Below are positions 19,576-29,863 of a stretch of 64,000 nt of DNA, one piece after another. Numbering within the stretch: position 1 is the stretch's first letter; each line of letters starts with the position of its first letter. Origin of the DNA: an uncultured Ignavibacteriales bacterium (lineage in GTDB: Bacteria > Zixibacteria > MSB-5A5 > GN15 > FEB-12); NCBI GenBank assembly GCA_964520865.1, contig CAZFOY010000008.1, positions 3,155-67,154 on the forward strand. The letters run 5' to 3'. A program made the position numbers and the translations under genes. A model generated the notes under the pieces. It worked only from the letters and a program-made list of their open reading frames with translations. It had not been told where the DNA came from and did not search any database.

Positions 19576-19739
19576 TTAACCCATTCGGTCAATCCGAGCC
19601 GAACGTCTTATCCCCACGCGGCGCTCAGGATGGCTGCCGTCACCCGTCGCTGACGCCGGCTACAAGGATGCCATTTGTAACCAGTGTGCATCAATTCAGG
19701 AACCCGACCGGAGGATCGCGCCCGGACAAGAGATGAAGT

Positions 19740-19792
19740 CGAGATCACGACGGCTGTAGCGCCTGCGGGCGCACCCATCGCCTCGTGATGAC
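19740..19792. repeat. hairpin element, family E (third copy, covarying stem)
   Basis: cgagATCACGAcgg...cgccTCGTGATgac is co-linear with 4322-4374 (cgagATTGCGAcgg...cgccTCGCAATgac). Two compensatory base-pair changes. Followed by TTTTTT. Confidence 0.7.
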
Positions 19793-19815
19793 TTTTTTCG
19801 GTTAGGCACTACGAC

Positions 19816-19842
19816 GTCAGGAACACAGGGTTCCTGACCTAC
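19816..19842 (-). repeat. REP-like element, family C
   Basis: Minus strand reads GTAGGTCAGGAACCCTGTGTTCCTGAC (9-bp perfect stem). A truncated family-A remnant follows at 19843-19871. Confidence 0.8.
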
Positions 19843-19894
19843 GGTGCTCGAAGACGATGCATACCTACAAGAATTTTGTCAGTAGACCGTGACC

Positions 19895-19924
19895 AAAAAG
19901 GCCGGGAGCAATTCACTCCCGGCC
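19895..19924 (-). terminator. intrinsic terminator of the HMGCS-thiolase-DUF35 operon
   Basis: Minus strand reads GGCCGGGAG-tgaattg-CTCCCGGCC followed by TTTTT, 30 nt after the DUF35 stop. Confidence 0.8.
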
Positions 19925-19953
19925 TTCGATCAGATCGAATCTGCGAATCTATA

Positions 19954-20355
19954 TCAATACCACTTCGGGACGAATTTGTAGCCGTAACTCAAAACGCCGT
20001 GGTGGCTTTCGGCCTGGATGCGACGGAACTCAATCCGTACTTCCATACCGATCTTCACTTCGCTGATATCGCAATCGGCTATCTGCGCCATCACCCGGGT
20101 GCCGTCGGTCAATTCCGCAATCGCCAGAGCGTACGGAGACTGATCTCCCCACTGGTCGGGCGCTATGCGAATGACAGTATACGTGATGACCTTGCCGGTC
20201 TCCGGCAGCCTGACCGTTTCCTGCTCGGTGTCACCCGTTTCCGGATCGACCGCGCGTTTCGGGAAATAGGTCTTGCCGCTCTTCTTGAATTTGGAGGCTT
20301 CGAGCCGATACCGGTGCGGGTATTCCCGCCAGTTACGAGCGCTGAACATTGTCAT
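19954..20355 (-). CDS. DUF35 OB-fold protein (thiolase/HMGCS scaffold subunit type)
   Basis: 133 aa. OB-fold segment [10 protein letters not shown]...[17 protein letters not shown]...IGMEV. The N-terminal ribbon region has no Cys. Start overlaps the thiolase stop (ATGA). Confidence 0.82.
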   Translation of the reverse strand: MTMFSARNWREYPHRYRLEASKFKKSGKTYFPKRAVDPETGDTEQETVRLPETGKVITYTVIRIAPDQWGDQSPYALAIAELTDGTRVMAQIADCDISEVKIGMEVRIEFRRIQAESHHGVLSYGYKFVPKWY

Positions 20356-21524
20356 GATCCCACCTCCATGATGTGAACGACCGAGGATCCGCCGGAGCCA
20401 CCCATATTCTGGGTCATGCCGATCTTGGGCGATTTCGGAATCTGCCGTCCGTTCTCCGCAGTGCCGGTGAGCTGTTTGTACACCTCGACCGCCTGGGCCA
20501 CGCCGGTCGCGCCGACCGGATGTCCCTTGGACTTCAGACCGCCCGAGGAATTGATCGGGAATTTCCCGTCGAGTGCCGACTCACCGTCGAGGAACGCCTT
20601 CCCCGCTTTGCCCGGCTCGTACAGACCGATCGATTCCGCCACGACGATCTCGGCGATCGTGAAGCAGTCGTGAACCTCGGCGAACTGAACGTCTTTGATC
20701 GTCTTGCCGGCCATCTTGAACGCCTTGTCGGCGGCGATGGTCGCAGCTTTGATCGTCGTCATGTCAGCACGCTGCGCGAGTTGAATGGTGTCGGTTCCGA
20801 TTCCGGAGCCAAGGATCTTCACGTACGGCTTGCCCAGCTTTTTAGCGATATCCACCGTTGTCAGAATGACCGCCGCGGCGCCATCGGTAATCGGCGAGCA
20901 ATCGAGGATGTGAAGCGGATCGGCCACCATCACCGAATTCTCAACCTGTTCCACGGTCACTTTGAACGGATACTGCGCCACCGGGTTCATCGAGCCGTTG
21001 TGATGGTTCTTCGCCGCCACAGTCGACAACATCCGGCGAGTGGTCCCATATTTTGCCATATGGGCGTGAGCCATCATCGCGTAGAGACCCGGGAAAGTCG
21101 CGCCGTTGAATACTTCGTATTCCTGATCGGCGGCCGTTGCCAGGGCGTAGGTGGCTTCGTTGCCCGAACAATCGGTCATCTTCTCCACGCCGGAGGCCAT
21201 GACGATATCGGAGATGCCCGATGCAACTTCGATGAAAGCTGAGCGCACGGCCATACCGCCTGAAGCGCATGCTGACTCGACACGAGTGGCGGCGATTCCG
21301 CGCATTCCCATGTAATCCGTCAACATCGAAGCCAGATGCTCCTGTCCGACAAACAAGCCGCCGGACATGCAGCCGACATACATTGAATCGAGGTGATCGA
21401 CTCCGGCGCCTTTTACGGCGGCCAGGGCGGCATCGGTATGCAGGTCGCGAAGCGACTTCCGCCATACCTCTCCCCACTGACTCATGCCGACGCCGACTAT
21501 GCAAACTTCTCTCATGGTCGACAC
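20352..21524 (-). CDS. thiolase-domain protein (archaeal-type acetoacetyl-CoA thiolase, SCP-x-like)
   Basis: 390 aa with [25 protein letters not shown] and NMGGSG. Confidence 0.9.
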   Translation of the reverse strand: MSTMREVCIVGVGMSQWGEVWRKSLRDLHTDAALAAVKGAGVDHLDSMYVGCMSGGLFVGQEHLASMLTDYMGMRGIAATRVESACASGGMAVRSAFIEVASGISDIVMASGVEKMTDCSGNEATYALATAADQEYEVFNGATFPGLYAMMAHAHMAKYGTTRRMLSTVAAKNHHNGSMNPVAQYPFKVTVEQVENSVMVADPLHILDCSPITDGAAAVILTTVDIAKKLGKPYVKILGSGIGTDTIQLAQRADMTTIKAATIAADKAFKMAGKTIKDVQFAEVHDCFTIAEIVVAESIGLYEPGKAGKAFLDGESALDGKFPINSSGGLKSKGHPVGATGVAQAVEVYKQLTGTAENGRQIPKSPKIGMTQNMGGSGGSSVVHIMEVGS

Positions 21525-21527
21525 CTC

Positions 21528-22577
21528 CTAATCATTCTTTCTGATTTTGCGGCGGAACTTGGCATACGTACCGTAGTCCACATAAATCAGATTTTCTTCT
21601 AAGAGTTTACGGGTGCGGACCGCTTTGTCACGGACCTGATCGATCCGGTCGGTCACTTTCCAGATGAAGGCGTCAGAGCCTGCGCCGGAACCGTAAGAGC
21701 ACATGAAAATCATGTCTCCCGGCTTGGCCACATCGAGCGTAGCCGTCAGACCGATCGGCGAAGCACCGGAGTAGGTGTTGCCGAGGATCGGCGAGAGCCA
21801 GCCCGGGTCGATCTGTTTCTGGGTGAAGCCGAGTTCGAGCGCGACGCGCTGCGGGAATTTGCCGTTCGGCTGATGGAAGACGGCCCATTGGAAATCGGCC
21901 GGCTTCATCCCGCTCTTCTTGAGGATGGCGTTCGAGGCACCCTTGGTGTGAGCAAAATACGCCTCTTCGCCGGTGAAACGGCCGCCATGCTGCGGATAGA
22001 ACTGGTGCTCGCGGCGCCAGAAATCCGGCATATCGGTCATGTAGGAATGCGTGAACAGACACTCCGCGATAAGATTGTCGCTGCCCATGATGAACGCACC
22101 GGCGCCGGCTGCGGCCGAGAACTCGAGCGCATCGGAGGGAGCGCCCTGCGAGGTATCGGCGGCGATCGCCAGAGCATACTTCATCGCTTTCGAATCGATA
22201 TGACTCAAAGCGACAAACATCGCTTCCGATCCTGCCTTGCAGGCGAATTCAAAATCTGCGCAATGGATGTCCGGAGTGGCGCCGATTGCCTCGGCCACCG
22301 TCGTTCCCGATGGCTTCACGGCGTACGGATGCGACTCGGAACCTATATATATCGCTCCTATATCTTTCGGATCGACATGTTCGGCCCGCCTCAGCGCGTT
22401 CCTGGCTGCCTCGACCGACAGGGTAATCGTATCCATGTCCGGCGGGGGAACCGATTTTTCGCGAAGCATCAGGCCTTTTTTGTAACTGGGCGCGTCCGCT
22501 CCCCACACCTTCGCGATCTCTTCGACTTTGATGCGATGACGTGGAAGGTGAGCGCCGTAACCGACAATACCTGCCAT
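21528..22577 (-). CDS. hydroxymethylglutaryl-CoA synthase, archaeal type
   Basis: 349 aa with GIVGYGAHLPR...DFEFACKAGSEA...VFHQPNGKFP...GNTYSGASPIGL. Confidence 0.88.
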   Translation of the reverse strand: MAGIVGYGAHLPRHRIKVEEIAKVWGADAPSYKKGLMLREKSVPPPDMDTITLSVEAARNALRRAEHVDPKDIGAIYIGSESHPYAVKPSGTTVAEAIGATPDIHCADFEFACKAGSEAMFVALSHIDSKAMKYALAIAADTSQGAPSDALEFSAAAGAGAFIMGSDNLIAECLFTHSYMTDMPDFWRREHQFYPQHGGRFTGEEAYFAHTKGASNAILKKSGMKPADFQWAVFHQPNGKFPQRVALELGFTQKQIDPGWLSPILGNTYSGASPIGLTATLDVAKPGDMIFMCSYGSGAGSDAFIWKVTDRIDQVRDKAVRTRKLLEENLIYVDYGTYAKFRRKIRKND

Positions 22578-22792
22578 ATGAACCTCTAAAGTTTCTGGTT
22601 ACTGGAAACATCTATCTGTTTCATTTCGTTTTCGATCCGAATATTGCGACTAAAATAGGACGATTTGGCCGGGATGACAAGCGGTATGTGAAAATTTACG
22701 CAATCTAACTCCACCAAAGGCCCCATTTCCCTGCCGTTTCCGGCCGGGAATTAGCCGTTGGATAAATGGTTTGAACTTCCGATATTCTCGGT

Positions 22793-23383
22793 ATGCGAAA
22801 CACAGCCTTGATACTCATCCCCTTGCTCTTCTGCGCTGCGCTTTTGCGGGCACAGGACAAGCACCCGCCGCTGGACAACAACTCGGCCTTTTACGAAGGC
22901 GAGACTATGAATTACATCGTCGCCCCACCGGACAGTTTCAAGATGGTGTCGGACGATGCGGTCGATGACGGCTATTCGTTCGCATTCATCCCTAAAGGAG
23001 ACGATTACAAGTCGGCGTCGGTCATCATCGGGGTGAACATCTTCAAAGTCAAAGCGGAGCAGAAGAAGCAGTTTACGATCAACGAACTGATCGGGAACGA
23101 CACCACCGCGATTCGTGAGCATTTCGGAAAAGAGCTCAGCATCAGCGAAGTTGATCCGATCATGACCGATGACGGTCACATTCTTCGAACGATTTACCTG
23201 AACGATTCACTTGCCTTCATTCCGAATGTGATGATGTCCTACTATGATGGCGGGACGGAGGTTTTCATTTTCGATCTTTCGATCTCCAGCACTTATCCCC
23301 GCTTCAAGGCCGAACATTATTATCTTGATTGCGTCAAACGCTTCCGCGTCATGCTCAAGGGCGACCTTGGGATGAAGAACTGA
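22793..23383 (+). CDS. hypothetical secreted protein
   Basis: Signal peptide MRNTALILIPLLFCAALLRAQ. 196 aa, no family recognised. Confidence 0.55.
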   Translation: MRNTALILIPLLFCAALLRAQDKHPPLDNNSAFYEGETMNYIVAPPDSFKMVSDDAVDDGYSFAFIPKGDDYKSASVIIGVNIFKVKAEQKKQFTINELIGNDTTAIREHFGKELSISEVDPIMTDDGHILRTIYLNDSLAFIPNVMMSYYDGGTEVFIFDLSISSTYPRFKAEHYYLDCVKRFRVMLKGDLGMKN

Positions 23384-23466
23384 GGCGACTTACTCCCGGA
23401 CAGATTGATTTCCGCGGTGCCATTCGATTCATGGTGTTTCCGGTACTGCTTGCGGTGGGTCCAGCA

Positions 23467-23495
23467 CACCCGGCCATAAGAACGGTCGGGCCTAC
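23467..23495 (-). repeat. REP-like element, family D
   Basis: Minus strand reads GTAGGCCCGACCGTTCTTATGGCCGGGTG. Confidence 0.75.
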
Positions 23496-23502
23496 GAGCA
23501 TC

Positions 23503-23529
23503 GTAGGTCAGGAACCCTGCGTTCCTGAC
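23503..23529 (+). repeat. REP-like element, family C
   Basis: GTAGGTCAGGAACCCTGCGTTCCTGAC. Confidence 0.8.
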
Positions 23530-23556
23530 ATTCATGATCGATTGGTGCTGCGTAAA

Positions 23557-23584
23557 GGTCAGGAGGGCGGGCCTCCTGACCTAC
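23557..23584 (-). repeat. REP-like element, family C variant
   Basis: Minus strand reads GTAGGTCAGGAGGCCCGCCCTCCTGACC. Same head and GTCAGGA arm start, with the rest of the stem swapped compensatorily. Confidence 0.75.
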
Positions 23585-23688
23585 GGATCCGGGCGTGAGG
23601 GTATTTGTTGGAGTCGAGAGAATCGAGGCGCCGAAGAAAATCTGGCCCCCCGCATTCGCGAGGGTGACATGCCTGCGGCATGCGCGTA

Positions 23689-23719
23689 ATGGCACGCTCG
23701 AAGACGAGGGTGCCCTACA
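23689..23719 (-). repeat. REP-like element, family A
   Basis: Minus strand reads TGTAGGGCACCCTCGTCTTCGAGCGTGCCAT, 18 nt past the clpB stop. Confidence 0.8.
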
Positions 23720-23737
23720 AGAGAACGTCGAGGCGGG

Positions 23738-26368
23738 TTAGGCCTCGACATGTTCTTCGGAAGGAGCCGATGAATTGTCCGCGACCAGTTGCAGCTCGTT
23801 GTCGGCAGCATCGATTTTCAGTCGCTGGCCGGCATGCAGCTGACCCGCAAGGAGCATCTTTGCGATCTGCTGGCTCAGTTGCTTGTTGACGAATCGCTTG
23901 ATCGGCCGCGCCCCGAACATCGGATCATAGCTGCTCTTCGCGATGAATTCCACAGCCGGTTCGGACGCAACAATCGTAACATCCTTCTCCTTCAGCAGAG
24001 CTTCGAGATGATGCAGCTGCAGCCTTACGATCTGCTTGACGTCTTCAGTCGTGAGCGACGCAAACACGATCGTCTCGTCGATCCGGTTGAGGAATTCCGG
24101 ACGGACCGATTGGCGAAGGGTCGCGAGCACATTCTTCTTGATGTTCTCAAGCACGACATCACGATTGAACTCGCCGATATTCTCTGATTCCTTGAGGATG
24201 TACTCGGCCGCGATATTTGAAGTCATGATCAGGATCGTGTTCTTGAACGACACGGTCCGACCCTTGTTGTCGGTCAGCCGGCCTTCGTCCAAAACCTGCA
24301 GCAGGATGTTGAACACTTCCGGATGCGCCTTCTCGATTTCATCGAGCAGAACGACCGCATACGGACGCCGTCGGACTGCTTCGGTCAGCTGTCCACCCTC
24401 ATCATAGCCGACATATCCCGGAGGGGCGCCGATCAGCCGCGATACCGAATGCTTTTCCATGTATTCCGACATGTCGATTCGGGTTATCGCATCCTCGGTG
24501 CCGTACAGAAATTCCGCCAGCGCCCGGGCAAGTTCCGTCTTCCCTACTCCCGTCGGACCGAGGAAGATGAACGAGCCGATCGGACGGTGCGGATCGGACA
24601 ACCCGGCTCTGGACTGCCGCACGGCGTCGGAGACAGCGCGGACTGCTTCATCCTGGCCGATTACACGTTTATGCAACTCGTCTTCAAGACGCAACAGCTT
24701 CTCGGACTCCGACTCGGTCAGGCGGGTGACCGGAATGCCTGTCCATTTGGAGACGATCTCGGCAATATCTTCGGCATCGACCATCTCTTTGAGCAACTGC
24801 CGCTTCTCTTGAATGACCGTCAAAGAATGCGTGAGCAACTGCAGCTTCTTTTCCGCGTCGGCAATCTCGCCATACTTGATCTTGGCAGCCGTTTCATAGT
24901 CGGCCCTGCGCTCGGCTTCGCCGGCTCGATGTTTCAACTGCTCAATCTCGACTTTCAGCCCGCGGATGGCGTCGACAGTATCTTTCTCTTTCTTCCATTG
25001 AGTGTGCAGGTCCTCACGCTGAGCGTAAAGATCTTTCAACTCTTCTTCGATCGGTTTCAGAGCTTCTTTCGCGTTCTTCTCGCGTTTGATCCCTTCTTTT
25101 TCGATCTCAAGCTGACGAATCCGCTTCTCGACCGAGTCGAGTTCTTCCGGCATCGAGTCAATCGATATGCGCAGTTCCGCCGCCGCTTCATCGACCAGGT
25201 CAATTGCCTTGTCCGGAAGGAACCGGTCGGCGATGTATCTATCTGACAGCTTCGCTGCTGCTATGAGGGCAGCATCAGAAATCTTAATCCCGTGATAGTT
25301 CTCATAGCGCTCGCGCAGGCCGCGGAGAATTGAGACGGTATCTTCGACCGAAGGCGGCGCAATGAGCACCGGAGCAAGTCTCCGCTCAAGGGCAGCGTCC
25401 TTCTCGACATGAAGGCGGTATTCATCGAGCGTCGTCGCGCCGATGAAACGTATCTCCCCACGGGCCAGGGCCGGTTTGAGCATGTTGGAGGCATCGAGCG
25501 ATCCGCCTACCGCTCCGGCACCGACTATCGTGTGCATTTCGTCGACAAACAAAATGACCCGCCCTTCGGCATCGGTCACTTCCTTAATGATCGCCTTCAG
25601 GCGTTCTTCGAACTCGCCACGGAATTTCGATCCGGCGATAAGGGCGCCGATATCGAGCGCGACAAGCTGCCGGTCTTTCAGCGTCTCGGGGACTTCACCG
25701 ATCGCGATCTTTTGCGCCAGTCCTTCGACCACCGCCGTCTTCCCCGTTCCTGGCTCGCCGATAAGCACTGGATTGTTCTTGGTGCGGCGCGAGAGGATCT
25801 TGATCACGCGGCGGATTTCGTCCTCACGGCCGATGACCGGATCGAGCTTGCCGTCGCGGGCCATCTTGGTCAGGTCGCGCGAGTATTTCTCCAGCACGGC
25901 GTATTTCGATTCCGGGTTGTCATCGGTCACGCGGGTCTTGCCGCGGATCGAGGTCAGCGCCTTGAGGATCTCGTCTCGTTTGATGCCATTCCGTTTCAGG
26001 ATCTCCTGCGCCTTACTCTTTTCTTCCAGCAGGGCCAGAAGGATATGCTCGACCGAGACGTATTCGTCGTGAAAATTCTTGAGCTCGTTTTCGGCTTTGT
26101 TGAGCACCTGGGTGAACTCCGGCGATGCATAGAGCTGTCCTCCCTGTTGTTTGGGGAGGGTCTTGATGGCATCATCGGTTTCGGCTACGATCGTATCGTA
26201 ATCGGCACCCATCTTCTTGATAATCTGTTCGACCAAACCGTCTTCCTGCAGCAACAAGGCATCGAGCAGATGCACCGGCATGACCTGCGGGTGCGCTTCT
26301 GACTGCGCCTTCTGCTGTGCGTACTGGACAGCATCGATCGACCGCTGGGTAAATCTATTGAAATTCAT
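23738..26368 (-). CDS. clpB: ATP-dependent chaperone ClpB
   Basis: 876 aa with two AAA+ modules ([18 protein letters not shown]) and a long middle coiled coil. Confidence 0.97.
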   Translation of the reverse strand: MNFNRFTQRSIDAVQYAQQKAQSEAHPQVMPVHLLDALLLQEDGLVEQIIKKMGADYDTIVAETDDAIKTLPKQQGGQLYASPEFTQVLNKAENELKNFHDEYVSVEHILLALLEEKSKAQEILKRNGIKRDEILKALTSIRGKTRVTDDNPESKYAVLEKYSRDLTKMARDGKLDPVIGREDEIRRVIKILSRRTKNNPVLIGEPGTGKTAVVEGLAQKIAIGEVPETLKDRQLVALDIGALIAGSKFRGEFEERLKAIIKEVTDAEGRVILFVDEMHTIVGAGAVGGSLDASNMLKPALARGEIRFIGATTLDEYRLHVEKDAALERRLAPVLIAPPSVEDTVSILRGLRERYENYHGIKISDAALIAAAKLSDRYIADRFLPDKAIDLVDEAAAELRISIDSMPEELDSVEKRIRQLEIEKEGIKREKNAKEALKPIEEELKDLYAQREDLHTQWKKEKDTVDAIRGLKVEIEQLKHRAGEAERRADYETAAKIKYGEIADAEKKLQLLTHSLTVIQEKRQLLKEMVDAEDIAEIVSKWTGIPVTRLTESESEKLLRLEDELHKRVIGQDEAVRAVSDAVRQSRAGLSDPHRPIGSFIFLGPTGVGKTELARALAEFLYGTEDAITRIDMSEYMEKHSVSRLIGAPPGYVGYDEGGQLTEAVRRRPYAVVLLDEIEKAHPEVFNILLQVLDEGRLTDNKGRTVSFKNTILIMTSNIAAEYILKESENIGEFNRDVVLENIKKNVLATLRQSVRPEFLNRIDETIVFASLTTEDVKQIVRLQLHHLEALLKEKDVTIVASEPAVEFIAKSSYDPMFGARPIKRFVNKQLSQQIAKMLLAGQLHAGQRLKIDAADNELQLVADNSSAPSEEHVEA

Positions 26369-26445
26369 ATTTTGTTACCTCGACTTTCGTTGTATTGACG
26401 GATCGCTTTGCGACCCGCCGCTCCCCTCCTCTAACCCCGGAATTC

Positions 26446-26550
26446 AATGTCGGGTTTCTCCCTCGCCCTTCGGCTCATCCGGAACCCGACCTACGGGGCT
26501 CAATGTCGGGTTTCTACTTCGCCATTCGGCTTGTCCGGAACCCGGGCTAG
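26446..26550 (-). repeat. tandem pair of REP-like elements, family B (period 56 nt)
   Basis: Copies at 26446-26494 and 26502-26550. Minus strand reads GTAGGTCGGGTTCCGG...GGAGAAACCCGACATT, and a second copy with a degenerate CTAG head. They lie between the J-protein stop and the clpB start. Confidence 0.8.
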
Positions 26551-26554
26551 GGGA

Positions 26555-27490
26555 CTACCCCTCCCACTCGTCCAGCAGCTTCTGCTGCTTCTCGGTCAGG
26601 TGCTTCGGGATTGTCACTTTGATCTCGACATAGAGATCTCCCTGTTTCCCGCCGACCGCCAGTCCCTGGCCCTTAAGACGCATCCTCGTTCCCGGCTGAG
26701 TTCCGGGCGGAACGGTCAGCTTGATCGTTTTGGTCAGCGTCTTGACCTCCGCTTTCGTTCCTTTCATCGCCTCGATAAACGAAATCGTGGCCGACGTATA
26801 AATATCGTTTCCCTTGCGTTCGAAATTTTGATCCGGCATGACATGCACCGTTATGATTAGGTCACCACTTTTGCTTCCATTGTAGCCCGACACACCCTGT
26901 CCGGCCAATCGTATTTTCTCACCGTCGCCGATCCCCGCAGGGATCTTCACCCGGAGTTTCCGGCCGGTATTGCCGATCGTGATCGTCTTCGACACACCTC
27001 TGGCTGCTTCCACGAACGAGATCGACAGATCGGCCGCGATATCCGGGGCTTTCTGCGGCTGACGTTGCCACGGCTGTTGGGCGGCCGGGTGGCCGCCGAA
27101 TATCGACGACAGGATATCTTCGAACCCGCCCGCGCCGGCGGCATTACCGCCGAAATTGAAATGGAACGACCGGCCTCCGCCGCCTCGTCCGCCCTGGCGG
27201 AACATCTGGGCAAACGCGTCCGGATCGAACCCGCCCATTCCCGGACCGCTTCCGGGCCCGCCTCCGGCGAACGCGCCGTACTTGAGCATCGTGTCGTACT
27301 CGGTTCGCTTTTTCGGATCGGACAGCGTCTCGTTCGCTTCGGAGATTTCCTTGAATCGCTTTTCCGCGTCGACGTTGCCTTTGTTGCGATCGGGATGATA
27401 CTTCTTGGCCAGCGTGCGGAACGCTTTCTTGATGTCATCCTGCGAAGCATCTTCCTTCACGCCGAGTATTTCGTAAAAGTTCTGGGCCAT
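26555..27490 (-). CDS. J-domain co-chaperone, CbpA-like (DnaJ class II, no zinc finger)
   Basis: J domain YYEILGV...YHPDRN, a Gly-rich linker and two C-terminal beta domains. No CxxCxGxG repeats. Confidence 0.88.
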   Translation of the reverse strand: MAQNFYEILGVKEDASQDDIKKAFRTLAKKYHPDRNKGNVDAEKRFKEISEANETLSDPKKRTEYDTMLKYGAFAGGGPGSGPGMGGFDPDAFAQMFRQGGRGGGGRSFHFNFGGNAAGAGGFEDILSSIFGGHPAAQQPWQRQPQKAPDIAADLSISFVEAARGVSKTITIGNTGRKLRVKIPAGIGDGEKIRLAGQGVSGYNGSKSGDLIITVHVMPDQNFERKGNDIYTSATISFIEAMKGTKAEVKTLTKTIKLTVPPGTQPGTRMRLKGQGLAVGGKQGDLYVEIKVTIPKHLTEKQQKLLDEWEG

Positions 27491-27551
27491 GTTAAAGTAT
27501 CACCACCTTATCTTCAAATTTCTCCCGGCATCGGTCGGTTGTTGGCAGTCT

Positions 27552-27646
27552 TGTACTGCACGTCCTTCTTAGAACGTGCCATCAGTGAAAGGCTTGAGCC
27601 TTTCTCGGGCAGCCTTGTAGGGCACGTCCTTCTTAGAACGTGCCAT
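27552..27646 (+). repeat. two tandem family-A REP-like units (64-nt period), each followed by the hairpin gaaaggc-ttga-gcctttc
   Basis: 27552-27582 reads TGTACTGCACGTCCTTCTTAGAACGTGCCAT. 27616-27646 reads TGTAGGGCACGTCCTTCTTAGAACGTGCCAT. Confidence 0.85.
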
Positions 27647-27670
27647 CGGTGAAAGGCTTGAGCCTTTCAA

Positions 27671-27699
27671 GGCAGTTTCTAAGAAGGAACTGCCCTACA
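27671..27699 (-). repeat. family-A REP-like unit in inverted orientation (REPIN-like partner of 27616-27646)
   Basis: Minus strand reads TGTAGGGCAGTTCCTTCTTAGAAACTGCC. Together with 27616-27646 it forms an 84-nt imperfect palindrome. Confidence 0.8.
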
Positions 27700-27884
27700 A
27701 TCGAACCGCCCTACAGAGCAACTGCCCTGCGGGAGATTATGTAAACTGTAACGTACTATACTCGCAATCCGTTTCACTATTCGCGGCCCTGCGCCGGTCA
27801 AACCGTACGTTTAACCGACGCCGCCACGAACGGGTCGGAGCCTGTGAATAGAAACTACTCACAGAACTCCATCTATGTCAAAGG

Positions 27885-29777
27885 TTACTTCACTTCTTCG
27901 AATTCAGCGTCAACCGCATTGTCGTCCTTCTTCGGCTCTTCCGAAGGGGAATCGCCGGAAGGCGGGGCATCCTGCCTGCTGGCCTGCTGATACATTTCAG
28001 CAGAGGCTTCCTGCCAGATTCGATTCAGTGATTCAACCGAGCTTTCCATTTCGGTCACATTGTCGGACTTCATCGCTTCCCTGACTCGACCGATTCCGGC
28101 TTCGATCTTCGCTTTCGCGTCTGCGCCGATCTTGTCGCCGAATTCCTTCAGCTGTTTCTCGGTCTGGAAGATCGCCGAGTCAGCCTGGTTGTGGGCCTCG
28201 ACCTTGCGCTTCTTCTCGCGGTCTTCGGACTCGTGCACCTTGGCGTCATCGACCATCTTTTTGATGTCGTTTTCGGTAAGGCCGGACGAAGCTTCGATCC
28301 GGATATTCTGCGATTTGCCGGTCGCGTTGTCCTTGGCCGTGACACTGAGGATACCGTCGGCGTTGATGTCGAACGAGACTTCAATTTGCGGAATCCCGCG
28401 CGGCGCCGGCGCGATACCGTCGAGCACGAACCGTCCGATCGTCTTGTTGTCAATCGCCATCTCCCGCTCACCCTGGAGGACATGGATGTCAACCTGCGGC
28501 TGATTATCGCTTGCAGTCGAGAAGACCTGCGACTTTTTGGTCGGAATGGTCGTATTGCGTTCGATCAACCGGGTCATCACGCCGCCGAGCGTCTCGATAC
28601 CGAGCGACAGCGGGGTGACGTCGAGCAGGACGACATCCTGAACTTCGCCGGTGAACACACCGCCCTGAATAGCCGCGCCGACCGCAACTACTTCGTCCGG
28701 GTTGACCGAGCGATTCGGCTCCTTTCCGAAGAATTCGCGAACCAGTTCGACCACCTTCGGCATACGGGTCATTCCGCCGACCATGATCACTTCGTCAACC
28801 TGATTCATCTTCAGCTTCGCGTCATCGAGCGCTTTCTGGACCGGTTCGATCGACCGTTTGAGCAGGTCGTCGACCAGCTGTTCGAATTTCGCCCGGGTGA
28901 GCGACAGATTCATGTGCTTCGGACCCGAACTGTTCGCCGTAATGAACGGCAGGTTGATCGTCGTCTGCATAGTTGAGCTGAGTTCGATCTTGGCTTTCTC
29001 GGCCGCTTCTTTCAGGCGCTGGAGGGCCATCGGATCGGTTGAGAGATCAATGCCATCGCTCTTCTTGAATTCAGCCACGAGCCAGTCGATAATCCGCTTG
29101 TCGAAATCATCGCCGCCAAGATGCGTGTCACCATTGGTCGAGAGCACTTCGAAGACGCCATCGTTCAAATCGAGAATGGAGATATCGAACGTGCCGCCAC
29201 CGAGGTCGTACACGGCCACTTTGCCGGTTTTCTTCTTGTCGAGACCGTAAGCAAGCGCCGCCGCCGTCGGCTCGTTGATAATTCGCTTTACATCGAGCCC
29301 GGCAATCCGCCCGGCATCTTTGGTTGCCTGACGCTGCCGGTCGTTGAAGTAGGCGGGGACCGTGATCACCGCTTCCTTGACCGAATGACCGAGATACTCC
29401 TCGGCCGTCTTTTTCATTTTCGCCAGTACCATAGCGGAGATCTGCTGTGGAGCGTAGTCTTTGCCGTCGAGTACGATCACCGGTTCGCCGGAGCTGTTCG
29501 AGGCTACCTCGTAGGGATAGTTCTTAATCTCTCCCTGGACCTCGTCGAATTTCCGGCCGATCAGCCGCTTGGCCGAAAAGACGGTGTTCATCGGGTTAGT
29601 CACTGCCTGGCGCTTGGCCACCGTTCCGACCAGCCGTTCGCCGTTCTTGTCGATTGCGACAACCGACGGGGTAGTGCGATCGCCTTCGGAGTTGGGGATG
29701 ACTTTCGGATCATTCCCTTCCATGATTGCGACCACCGAGTTGGTGGTACCTAAATCTATGCCTATGATTTTGTTCAT
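27885..29777 (-). CDS. dnaK: molecular chaperone DnaK (Hsp70)
   Basis: [26 protein letters not shown]; 630 aa. Confidence 0.98.
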   Translation of the reverse strand: MNKIIGIDLGTTNSVVAIMEGNDPKVIPNSEGDRTTPSVVAIDKNGERLVGTVAKRQAVTNPMNTVFSAKRLIGRKFDEVQGEIKNYPYEVASNSSGEPVIVLDGKDYAPQQISAMVLAKMKKTAEEYLGHSVKEAVITVPAYFNDRQRQATKDAGRIAGLDVKRIINEPTAAALAYGLDKKKTGKVAVYDLGGGTFDISILDLNDGVFEVLSTNGDTHLGGDDFDKRIIDWLVAEFKKSDGIDLSTDPMALQRLKEAAEKAKIELSSTMQTTINLPFITANSSGPKHMNLSLTRAKFEQLVDDLLKRSIEPVQKALDDAKLKMNQVDEVIMVGGMTRMPKVVELVREFFGKEPNRSVNPDEVVAVGAAIQGGVFTGEVQDVVLLDVTPLSLGIETLGGVMTRLIERNTTIPTKKSQVFSTASDNQPQVDIHVLQGEREMAIDNKTIGRFVLDGIAPAPRGIPQIEVSFDINADGILSVTAKDNATGKSQNIRIEASSGLTENDIKKMVDDAKVHESEDREKKRKVEAHNQADSAIFQTEKQLKEFGDKIGADAKAKIEAGIGRVREAMKSDNVTEMESSVESLNRIWQEASAEMYQQASRQDAPPSGDSPSEEPKKDDNAVDAEFEEVK

Positions 29778-29795
29778 CTTCTGTTCTCCTTTCCG

Positions 29796-29827
29796 AAAAA
29801 AAGCCGGCCCACTTTGCAGACCGGCTT
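29796..29827 (-). terminator. intrinsic-terminator-like hairpin after hsp20, inside the dnaK leader
   Basis: Minus strand reads AAGCCGG-(13 nt)-CCGGCTT followed by TTTTTTT, then cggAAAGGAGaacagaagATG (dnaK). Confidence 0.65.
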
Positions 29828-29863
29828 CAATATTTCACCAAGACATGAGAATCCGGAGTGGTC

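Noticed and set aside
19658-19675. A sigma-54-like TGGCAT-CCTTG-TAGC on the minus strand.
   Set aside because: The -12 box is off consensus, the site lies inside degenerate repeat debris, and the nearest downstream minus-strand start (19303) is about 355 nt away.
22591-22609. gtttctggttactggaaac just upstream of the HMGCS start, considered as an operator palindrome.
   Set aside because: Only the outer GTTTC/GAAAC arms are complementary and the centre is not symmetric. This is too weak to call.
24323-25246. Long antisense ORFs inside clear genes: 24323-25246 and 25409-26302 in clpB, 53154-54242 in GH57, 17287-18222 in atuA, 45130-46101 in the sigma-54 regulator, 9968-10954 in the thiolase and 12898-13815 in the biotin carboxylase.
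   Set aside because: These are shadow ORFs opposite strongly recognisable genes. They are Arg/His/Asp/Gly-rich, low-complexity translations with no motifs. The supplied six-frame track contains many such antisense ORFs of this composition.
27550-27680. A 64-nt tandem repeat that could be mistaken for a short CRISPR array.
   Set aside because: There are only two direct copies plus one inverted copy, and no unique spacers. The units are the palindromic family-A element found singly elsewhere, and no cas genes are present.
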